NCBI GenBank assembly: GCA_000708835.1
Contig: DF236996.1
Coordinates: 92,397-156,396 of the forward strand
Source: Klebsormidium nitens
Taxonomy: Eukaryota; Plantae; Klebsormidiophyceae
Length of the DNA: 64,000 nt
Direction of reading: 5' to 3'
In this document: positions 34,001 through 43,899 of the stretch, piece by piece
Layout: every line of letters starts with the position of its first letter
Position numbering within the stretch: position 1 is the first letter of the stretch
Translations under genes and position numbers: made by a program
The notes under the pieces: model-generated
Seen by the model: only the letters and a program-made list of their open reading frames with translations
What the model was told of the DNA's origin: nothing
Databases searched by the model: none

Positions 34001-37000
34001 ATCTATTGCACCGTGTCGCCTGCGGTAACCCTTTGCTTGGTGTCGACCCTTACTGCAAACAAATGCAATCAGCCTGTTGACCTAAACCTTACCGAGCTGC
34101 TTCCAATAGTTCTTCCGCTTCGCTTGGCCCTCACTTACTTCCGCCCCCAAGTGCTCTGCCGCCGCTTCTCAAGCCTTCGCCGTTCCTTTGCAGACCCCGT
34201 ACCAGTACTTCGCTGGGCCGGGTAAAGATGGCCTAGTTATCTTTGATAACCAAGGTAAGCCTTCCGTCTTCTGGACCTCCCTCTCCGACATCCAGACCCA
34301 TCTTTTAAGCGCCTCCGTTTCGAGTAGAATCCTAATCGACCTCGCAAACCCGCCCCTCATGCCTAAAATGGACCCGTCTCAACTCCCGTTGCCAGGGCTT
34401 TGTACTACTACGTAGTAGTCGCTGCCAGCTCCTCAAAGGACAATCTGCATGCCATCATTTCCTTTCCACGCATCTTTGGGTGTATGTCGCGCAGACTTGT
34501 ACGCTGATGCGTGCGCACTGAGTAAGCGCGAAAGCTCCTCTTTGTAACTGCTTGCATGATTCGAGAACGAATTTCAAACCCCCTACTAACACGTTTGCCC
34601 TGCGCTGTGCTGCGCCTTGGCGTTCCCCCTCCTGCCAGACTGCACAAGTAAGTCGCAACCTTCTTTTTTCAGCTGGGACTGCTCATAGATATTCCCAAAA
34701 AGCAGACAAGATGCCTTTGCAGCGAGTGGTTTCAAGTGCTGAGCACCCGTTGCTAGTATAGGCACGTCGACGTTTTCGGTGATCGAAAGATTGCTAGCCC
34801 TGCCTCGGAAGCAGCAACGCGCAATCCGCATCCATCCCTGGCTTGCATGTGATCTTGTTCGGATCCGCGTTTTGCCTTTTGACTTTTCAAACAGAAAGCA
34901 CGCCAACGGCACTGAATCTGCTCTTGCCCTCTGCAGATAGAGGACCACCGCCGCCAGCAAGCCCCCCGCCCTCCCCTCCTTCAGCCAACCCCCCGCCCCT
35001 TGCAAATCAGCCCNNNNNNNNNNNNNNNNNNNNNNNNNNNNNNNNNNNNNNNNNNNNNNNNNNNNNNNNNNNNNNNNNNNNNNNNNNNNNNNNNNNNNNN
35101 NNNNNNNNNNNNNNNNNNNNNNNNNNNNNNNNNNNNNNNNNNNNNNNNNNNNNNNNNNNNNNNNNNNNNNNNNNNNNNNNNNNNNNNNNNNNNNNNNNNN
35201 NNNNNNNNNNNNNNNNNNNNNNNNNNNNNNNNNNNNNNNNNNNNNNNNNNNNNNNNNNNNNNNNNNNNNNNNNNNNNNNNNNNNNNNNNNNNNNNNNNNN
35301 NNNNNNNNNNNNNNNNNNNNNNNNNNNNNNNNNNNNNNNNNNNNNNNNNNNNNNNNNNNNNNNNNNNNNNNNNNNNNNNNNNNNNNNNNNNNNNNNNNNN
35401 NNNNNNNNNNNNNNNNNNNNNNNNNNNNNNNNNNNNNNNNNNNNNNNNNNNNNNNNNNNNNNNNNNNNNNNNNNNNNNNNNNNNNNNNNNNNNNNNNNNN
35501 NNNNNNNNNNNNNNNNNNNNNNNNNNNNNNNNNNNNNNNNNNNNNNNNNNNNNNNNNNNNNNNNNNNNNNNNNNNNNNNNNNNNNNNNNNNNNNNNNNNN
35601 NNNNNNNNNNNNNNNNNNNNNNNNNNNNNNNNNNNNNNNNNNNNNNNNNNNNNCTCTCCTCCCGGTTCCGCCCAGCCGCCCCCTCTTTCCGTCGACTCTC
35701 CTCCCGGTTCCGCCCAGCCGCCCCCTCTTTCCGTCAACTCGCCCCCGGGGTCCGTCGCCTCGCCCCCTCCAGACGTCAACTCTCCCCCGGTGGCAACCAG
35801 CGCTAATCCACCCCCTGTCTCAATCACTCCCTCTCCCCCGGGCGTGATCTCCTCTCCGCCGTCAGACGTTCCTCCCCCTCCTTTCCCGACGAACGTCGCG
35901 TGCGACCCGGCGTCCCCCTTCAAGTTCACCTGCTACAGCAGTGGGGGGGACAGTTCCATCTGCTGCGACACCCCCTGCCCCGAAACTCCGGGCCCGGTCG
36001 CGTACTGTTCGGGCCAGCCGTTCCCCACGCTCCCCCCCCGGTCGCACAGGGCCCCGCACCCCCCTTCCCGACGAACGTTGCCTGCGACCTGGACTCGCCC
36101 AACAAGTACACCTGCTACAGCAGCACCGGCGATTCGTCGATCTGCTGCAACACCCCTTGCCCCGCAATCCCGACCGCGGTTCCGTACTGCGAGGGTCAAC
36201 CGATCCCGACGGCTCGTCGGCCCCGCCCCCCCCCCCGTGGCGTGCTCACCCTACTCGCCCCTGCCCTACACGTGTTACGACAGCATTGGCTCCAGCTTCA
36301 TCTGCTGCGGCGAACCCTGTCCCGGAACCCCAGGGCCTATTCCCGCCTGCACCGGGCAGCCAATCACCGCCATTCCCCCGCCGGGGCTGGCCTCCCCGCC
36401 CCCCCCAACGCCGTGCGACCCCGCGTCGAATCGCTCCAACACGTGCTACAACTCCGGGGGGAGCACCTTCGTGTGCTGCGACTCGCCGTGCCCCGCAACG
36501 CCGTCGGACGTTCCGTTCTGCTCCGCGCAGCCCATCGTGGCACTCTCGGCGCTTTCCGCGCTGAGCGCGCCGGCCCCGGCCCCACTCGCGGTCACCGTGT
36601 CGTTTCCCCCCCCAGCGGAGGTGCTCGCGAGCCCCCCACCTCCGCAGCCCATCGTGGCACTCTCGGCGCTTTCCGCACTGAGCGCGCCGGCCCCGCCCCG
36701 CTCGCGGTCACCTTGTCGTCCCCCCCGCCAGCGGAGGTACTCGCGAGCCCGCCCCCGGTGGAAACGACGGCTGCCCCCGCGCCGGCTCCGGACACTCCAA
36801 CGCCGACGCCAACAGCGACCGTCGCTAGTTCTCCCCCCCCGGCGGAAACGACGGCGGCCCCCGCGCCGGCTCCAGATACTCCGACGCCGACGCCAACCGC
36901 GACCGTTGCGAGTTCTCCGCCCCCGTTGGAAACTATCGGGGCGCCCGCGCCCGCGCCGGAAACCCCAACCCCAACCCCTACGCCGACGCCGACTCCAACC

Positions 37001-37171
37001 GCGACCATCCCAAGCTCACCGCCCCCGGTGGAAACAACGGCGGCGCCCGTGAACCCGCCCCCCCCTCCTCCGAACAACCCACCTCCTCCTCTTGAAACTC
37101 CTACCCCTACCCCTACCCCTACTGCCACGGCGAGCGCCGTCGCCCCCACAGCAGAGGGGCCCGCGCCTTAA
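19075..37171 (+). CDS. Giant secreted chimera: three PMP-like (GGA/FxxN) beta-helix domains + Pro-rich stalk + four 6-Cys modules + Ala/Pro/Thr-rich tail (~1,800 aa, 31 exons)
   Basis: Phase-consistent GT-AG exons: 19075-19144, 20701-20963, 21435-21518, 21946-22026, 22309-22473, 23058-23138, 23698-23784, 24066-24245, 24543-24623, 24875-24970, 25244-25339, 25592-25622, 25890-26200, 26654-26731, 27091-27177, 27390-27497, 27785-27853, 28245-28337, 28656-28733, 28981-29058, 29483-29513, 29875-30209, 30791-30874, 31141-31224, 31542-31625, 31946-32014, 32441-32524, 32851-32934, 33449-33568, 34194-34221, 34937-37171. Signal-like MGGGHWPGVKVWTMWIFLAGLAAG; repeats such as GGAIFADTGSSLSLDNVQFTNNVA and GNGGAIYLAPG...TLTNNIA. 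The last exon crosses the N gap, has frameshifts in C-runs and ends AEGPAP*. Confidence 0.8.
26829..26925. repeat. Tandem duplication of 49/48 bp in an intron
   Basis: ttgtccttgtaaaagataaagagtccttgtcaagg(g)ggcagacttccga occurs twice, differing by one G. Confidence 0.9.
35014..35653. other. Assembly gap (640 N) within the Pro-rich coding exon
   Basis: Run of N. The right flank is a 42-bp coding repeat (SPPGSAQPPPLSV[D/N]), a plausible cause of collapse. Confidence 0.98.
35654..37130 (+). repeat. Coding tandem repeats of the stalk and tail
   Basis: 42-bp units at 35654-35737; four ~44-aa Cys modules at 35895-36530; a 117-bp duplication (starts 36526 and 36643, PIVALSALSALSAPAP); about four (V/A)ETT(A)APAPAP(D/E)TPTPTPTAT(V/I)xSSPPP units at 36758-37130. 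Confidence 0.85.
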
Positions 37172-39755
37172 ACACGCTGTTTTCGCGGCGCCAATAATAT
37201 TGCAGGTGAGGCGTGACGGAATTCGACCTTAGGCTGAACGCTACAGTACGAGACCCTGTTGTTTGCGTCCACAGCTCTTTGCAGGGCCAACAAGAATCTG
37301 CGTGGAGACTGCTCAATCAACCTACAACCTAGTGGCCAGCGTTTGCAAGCATAAGCCGCGAATTGTGGGTGAAGCTCCTTGGCGCTTATGAATCTTCTTG
37401 CAACAAACACCCTGTTAGCAGTATACCCGACTCAAGACGAGAAGAGTCACGGTATTCAAAGGGAAGAGCCTCTGAATCGCAGTATCAGGTGCAGGTATAA
37501 ATTGCCGGATTTTTGCTTGTGGCCGGCAGCATCGTACAGATTGGCTGCTGCTGTTCTTGTTGGCCTTCTGAACTGAGTTTGAATCTCGCAGGGTGGACAA
37601 ATACGAGACGGGAGTGTGATCAAGTAACTTAAGGTGGAACAGAGGAGTTGCTCCAGCGTGACGGCTTCTCGTTTTGGAGTGGAACTAGAGTAGGGAGGAT
37701 TCTAGAGGAAACAGCGGATGTCCTTCTGATTATGATTTGTTTGCCTGGTGATGAAGGCTGTTTAACTTAGAATTCAAAGACCAGCATAAGGGTGGTTTGA
37801 GAGGCCTGAAAAGCTTGCTCGAAGATTGTCTTGAAAGAAGTTTAGATTCTGGCCTTGTGCTTACTTTTCGGGTAAGACACTGAGTCACGTTTGTCAAGTC
37901 GTAGTTCTTAGCGGCTGCCAGTGTCGTTGGAGGTCTGAACAAGGCCCTGGGAAAGTCGAGCCTTCAAGTCTGAACGGTGTGTTAGGCACAAACCTCGCTA
38001 GGAAAGTTAAAGAGGGTCGTCACGTCGCAACCACTTTGGCACACTCGCGTAGACTTCTTCTAACTATGTCAAGGCCAGCTTTTAGCTAGTGACGCCAGTG
38101 ATTCACGCTGTGACGCGCTTTCCATGGCTAGCAAGCTTTTAACTTCGATGGACAATTAGTGCCATTCCTCATAATTTTGTGGCGCCCAATTGTATGAGAA
38201 CCATGCAATCGTTGTCGCGGGCGATTGAGTTTCTTATTCTACATAAGGTTTTGCGTGGCACTGCATCGAAAGCCCGCCTGACATGCCAAGTAATCAGTGA
38301 AGTGACTCTCTTACCCGCTGAGCGTCAGTGTGCACCTTATTAGAAATCAGTATACGGTATGCTATTGCAATTAAGGCCATACGTACCAACGTACGTTCAT
38401 TTGCTAGTGATATCACATGAAAACTTTGGCAGCAAGCTGCCGGCCGCAGATACGACGGTGCGCTGAGCTAGATACTAACCGATCGACTGCTCCACGCAAC
38501 TAATCATTGAATAAAACCGACTACAATTATATTACGTACACGCGTGCATGGCCCACACATGGCTTGATCGATTATTTATGGACTTACCTACACATGCAGT
38601 TGCTGTTGTGCGCGGCCTGTACGTTTCATCATATGATAGGGATATAATAAGACATCATGCATTGACCCGGCGCGGCGCGTGCGCCTAGCTAGCCAGCATG
38701 CCATGAAATCATTTGCCAATCGATATCTGCCAGACTGATAAGATAGATAATGATTCTATCAGACGCGGCCTAAACTATGTTTGCAATTGAATGCGTAGTA
38801 ACGCGCGCGGCGTCAGGCTTTAGACGATTCACCCGGTCATTGCAGCAGAGGCGGCTCTATGGTCTTGAACCAGAGCGCAAACTTAATTATGGGCCAAGCA
38901 TGATGCATGTACAATTCAATCCATCCACCGACAATGTGAATGTTTCACATTTTACGTTGATCAACATGGCATGCAATTGGGTGATGAACTTCGCACGCCT
39001 CACATGCAGTGCATTCAAAAATTTGAACGTATCCGGAATACGCTTCCGCAAGACGATCGATGTGCAAGTCTAGCGAAGCGCTTTAAGTGTGGGCCCCACG
39101 CATGACAACGGCTCGATCAACAACGACACAGACTTCCTTCAGTCCGGTCGGGATGTGAATTGATCCATATGGAGTTGGAGGGGCATTATACCTTACTACG
39201 CTAGCAAGTACAGTGGAAAAGCAAGCCGTCGCTTTCATACTTTCGAAGAGGTAAAAGCAAGCTCGGTCGCAGAAATGCTCCGGTCTTCCAACTGGCTAGA
39301 AACGAGATTATGCTCCAACATGGGAGAACACTTTCGCTATAATGCGCGAGTCGAGTGATCAAGGGAGCGGGAGATATCTAAAATAGATCCGTCTTTACAC
39401 AGATGCTAATCATACCAGTTTGGAACGGCTATCTAAAGCACAAGGCTGAAGCGGAAGGTCGTTCTGCTCTGCCCACTCTTAGATCGAAAGCTAAGATTCC
39501 CGTCCTTCAGCTTACATCTGGATATATTCGTTTGTGCTTCTGGTCGGATCTGTTTTGGAAAATTGGGATTACGGATGACCTTGCATACCAATCTGTATGA
39601 TAGATTTCGAATTTCCGCTGACATGAAGCCATCTGTATGTACATTGGGGTGACTCCCCAAGACCTTCGAGCCCGCGTTCCTTTGTAGTACACACATGCTG
39701 ACTGTCGTCGCAAAACGTTGCCGTTTGTTGCAAGTCGTTGGATCGGCTCCTAAGT

Positions 39756-42700
39756 CTATGACATCTGCTGTAAGTCCACAATATACCCCTTGCGGAAGAC
39801 ACCCGGGTTCAGGCTGGTGCAAAACATAACCGGCGTGATGTCCCTGCCAATGACGAAAAAGAGCACTGGTTATTTGATTTTTTTTTTTTATAAAACGCAG
39901 TCACCTCTAAACCGCTGAGATGGTTGCTGCATTTTTGCAGAGAGAGTAGAATTGCGAACCTACTCAAAGTGCAAGCCTACCCGTTAGGTTGTCGTGGTGA
40001 CCCTCTTCTCGCCTTCCATGAAACGGGATCTAGTTTCGAAAGCATTTAAGAAGGAAAGCCAGCTCGCTTGAGCCCAGCAAAGCGCCGATTCGTTCGGATG
40101 CGCTTCCAACCTACGAACACGTGGCTTCAAACCTTGCTCAGTATCCGATCCAACAATTTTCGAACACGTCAGCTCGAAACGGCGGGTTTCGAGAGCGAAA
40201 GTGGATTCAAAAGGACCGATTCCTGGGCTGTTTACTACCGAAAATGAATTCCGAGCCGCCTCACACAGCGCGCTGTTTGTCGCACTAACGGGATCGTTTG
40301 CAAACGCTTCGTCAATGCTTGACTTGTGGCTCTCTTATTGTCAACGACAGCAACATGTTTCCTCTCGGCTCATGCCTTTCAAAAGAAGCCCCTTCTTGCA
40401 AAAACGGTCCAAACCTGCTTGTCACCCGTAACGACTCCAATGTGCGCGCTTCACATGCGCTGCCCTTAAACAGACTCAGGAGAGCAAACTGGGGCGTATT
40501 CACACTTTCCAGTCACCACCAGGAGACTCCGAATACCGAGCTCTAAGTCAATGTCCTTACACCACGAAGTCACCATCAAAGAATCAAACCAGCATCATGG
40601 TTCGAAGCATTGTTCAGTCGTAAATCGGAGCCCGACACTGACGAGTGCATTCACACCATTATGCTCGCCCTCACCTGTCCCTGGTGTAAAGACGCTCCAA
40701 CCAGAACGCGTGCAGCTCGGCGACCCGGGGCTCCCACACCTCCCGCGGCGCCGCGGGGTTAACCTGCACGCAGGAATTGGGTCAGCTTAACCAAGTCTTA
40801 CCAAGTTTGGAAGCGGGAAGCGAAACGTAGACGAACACCCCAGCCCCAAAATCCTGAATCACCTGTACCCCAATGGTCGCTCCGAGCTCCCGGAACGCGA
40901 GTCGCAGCGCCAGATTGAGAGTAAAGCGAGTCATCACGATGCAACGATGCTATCACGAAAAGGATTACAGCAAGAATCAAAACGGAGAATGACAACCCAG
41001 AACCCTGAAACCCTACAATTCTAAACCCCCAAAATCCAGAACCCTGAAACCCTGTGTCACTTGCACTCCGATGGTCGCCCCGAACTCCCGGAACGGGAGC
41101 CGCAGCGCCAGCTCAATCTCCGTGATTTAGAACTTCGAAGCATAAAAAACAATCCTCAAAATCACAATCCAAAGAAGCAAAGAAAGACAGCTAGAAGCAA
41201 AAAACAGGTTCTTTAAATGCAACCTAAAAGCCTGTTATCACCTGCACTCCGATGGTCGCCCGGATCTCTCGGAACGCAAGCCGCAGCGCCATATTCAAAT
41301 AAGCGAGTCAGAGCGAAGTGACACAAGAAAAGGAACACAGCAAGAAGCAAAACGTAGCATGACAACCCAAAAGTGGACAACAAAACCCTAAAAGCCAGAA
41401 TCACCTGCACTCCGATGGTCGCCCCGAACTCCCGGAAAGCAAGCCGCACCGCCAGGGGATAAGCAGGCTAGTCAGAACGAAACAACAAAGAAAAAGAGAA
41501 TATCATAACATCGATTAACCCGGAACTTCGACATGGAACATAAAATATTAACCCAGAAACCCTCAAACCGTAGATTACCGTACCTGCACTCCGATGGTCG
41601 CCCCGAACTCCCGGAACGCGAGCCGCAGCGGCGCCGGCTGCCGGAAGTAGCCTAGCTGCCAGAGCTGCTCGAGCGTCTGCACGGAGCGACTGCTGATGGT
41701 GCGCGACCAGGCTTCGCGGTCGCCGCTCCAATGGGCCAGCCACAGGGCCTCGCCCAAGTCGAGGGGGTCGTCGCTGTGGTAACTGCAGGGAAAGGAGGAG
41801 GATTCCGTTTTGGCTGGAACGGTGATGGGCGGTAAAGAACAGGCTCGGTTTGTATGTAAAGCGACTGAAAAGGGGAAGGTTTTGGAGGTGCCCGGATGTT
41901 ATACTGGCGGAAACAAGAGGGTTACACCGACCAGGTATCAAAATAACGGGAACGAGACAAAAGGTTCCGACCACTTTGCGGACTGGGGGCAAGGGTTGAG
42001 TGTTTTCTCTGGGCAGTTGTTGGACCGCGGCAAGAAAGCTTCTGAATCCTTGACCATACGTTGGACGGGCGTTCGTTTGCGACACGCTACGTGGGACGAG
42101 ACGATGAGAAAGAAGTAAGGTCAGCTGTTTAACACCAAAAGAGTCAGATAAGGTATCGTGCGTCTCATAAAAATAATCACGGAGTCGACCACGGGGGATA
42201 GGATCTGCGGCAAAGGTCTCATCTCATTCCATCCAGCTTGAGAAAGAGAACGGCAGCCAAAGTGCAGGGAAAAAAGCGATTCTACCTCCAAAGCAAACAG
42301 AATCCAGGCATCTTCACATCTCGAGAACCAGCCTCCCCCGACCACACCCCCCGCCCACCTCTGGTACCGCTTTTGTTTTCTATCTTGAGCCGTACAGTAT
42401 CTACGGGCACGAATCGCATGCTATGCGGCGGTCTCTATCTCCTAATACGAGGGCATCGAACCACCATCGCATTTCAAGGAACAGTCTCCCCCGACCGCCG
42501 TTCCCGCCCGCCTCTGTCTGGTATGTTCCTTTGTCAAATCGTTACAGCAAGCTTGTAGCTTGTAAAACTAAAAATCAACCCTGAAGACACCGCCCCCTTA
42601 CCCACCCTAACCCCGAAACTAAACCCACCCGTCGGGAGGCTGGCGAGCTCACTATCTTTGGAGCATGATATACTTAACTCGACGCTACTTACCTCTGGTA

Positions 42701-42935
42701 CCGTTTCTCCACCATCTTGCGCATGTCGGCGATTTCCCCCGAGAGCACGTCCCGGTTCCCCGCCACCGCCTGGACGATAAGATATGTCACGTATCCGTCA
42801 TACGCGTCTAAGTTGCCCTGAGACGGAACCGCGGGGCGGCTCAGGTCGATGCTCGCTTTCCAGATCATGCGCGGGTTGTCCGTTTCGCGGCGGAACACGA
42901 ACCGGGGGTGTACGGACTGGGCTAGCTGAACGGCC
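39756..42935 (-). CDS. Conserved uncharacterised protein, C-terminal half (4 exons); 5' exons not found in the window
   Basis: GT-AG exons 42693-42935, 41584-41782, 40675-40763 and 39756-39843 are phase-compatible and stop-free. Translation: AVQLAQSVHPRFV...PRMIWKASIDLSRPAVPSQGNLDAYDGYVTY...YHSDDPLDLGEALWLAHW...RLAFREFGATIGVQ...ELHAFW...RDRDITPVMFCTSLNPGVF...QMS*. The motifs resemble a hypothetical-protein family I recall from fungi and bacteria (not database-checked). Confidence 0.75.
40862..41640 (-). repeat. Tandem copies of an exon 3' end plus 5' splice site
   Basis: A ~55-nt block encoding (L/M)ALRLAFREFGATIGVQ followed by GT occurs at donors 41583 (true exon), 41404, 41241, 41060 and 40862. 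Spacings are 179, 163, 181 and 198 bp. Confidence 0.9.
42567..42641. repeat. Short dispersed C-rich, telomere-like element (copy 2)
   Basis: actaaaaatcaaccctgaagacaccgcccccttacccaccctaaccccgaaactaaacccacccg aligns with 908-980. Confidence 0.6.
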
Positions 42936-43899
42936 CTGCAAGGGGGGTGGAAGAGAAAATTGTATAAGCTAAGGAGAAGAACCGGAAGAATAGGAAAAGG
43001 AGAATCTTCAAACGGAGTAAGGACTTACTTTGTAAAGGGAGAAAAGAGTAGCTAGTGATGACTGCTGACGGTAAGATAAATACGTTTTGGGCTAAATGGC
43101 ACGCCCTGCAACGCCCGGGGAAGGGAGGCTTGTTCGTGAGCAGATCAGTAACCTGGGAGGGTAAAACAAATGAAACTTTCGCCTGGAAATCTATCGCTCT
43201 CAAGGTAAGGGAGAAGGAGATGATCAGCTGTCACGCCATATATTCAAAGGAGAAGCTTTGGTTACTTGTAAGGCCTTGTAAGGGACGGAAAGAACAAGCA
43301 ACAAAACGATATTCGTCTTCTGGGCAGGTCGAGGAGGAAGTGTTCGTGACGGTTACGGGTCGACGTGAGAAAACCTCATCTGATGAGACGCCCTGCAGGA
43401 AGGGAAGCCGCAGGGAGAGCACATACTAGAATGGAGGACTTCCTTTTTGATGCGGAAACGAAGGAGAGGGTTAAGTGGTGACGGGTGAAAGTTGAAATAT
43501 TTCCGGAACGGGCACTTAGAGCATGTTTGAAGAAGAAAGTGAGGGCTCAGAGCTGAGAGATTCTGCTCTCTGGCAAAGGACATGAGGCGGCGACTGCTGA
43601 CACCTGGACGTTACTCGTGTTTGATCGGGGTTGGACACATAGGGTTTTGCGAGAAGCGAGGTCACGTTTTGAAGGAACGGACGGTGGCGCTAACAATCAG
43701 CGGCGGGGAGTTTGACATTGTCACTTGAGGGCTCTTTAACGGGTCCGTTGATTAGAAAACAAACTGAGAGTCCAATTGAAAATATATCGGGAAGGCGTGA
43801 ACACAGATATAACAGGCGGAAGACCAGAGTACCTATGGTTTACATATCGTTCATTTGTCCGGCAGATACAGAGGGTAGTTCTCAACTAGTGAAAAGCAG

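Noticed and set aside
34586-35929. Long ORFs (447, 334, 268 aa) spanning the N run
   Set aside because: Their lengths are artefacts of translating Ns; only the flanks are informative.
36592-37149. 185-aa Gly/Val/Ala-rich minus-strand ORF
   Set aside because: Antisense mirror of the Pro/Thr/Ala repeat tail.
39433-39822. 129-aa minus-strand ORF with KVLGSHP (kinesin-light-chain TPR-like)
   Set aside because: Overlaps the last exon of the uncharacterised gene in another frame and runs into its 3' UTR; no TPR periodicity.
40862-41640. Repeat-spacer pattern as a CRISPR array
   Set aside because: Eukaryotic context; the ~55-nt repeats are copies of coding exon sequence, the spacers are over 100 nt and mutually similar, and there are no cas genes.
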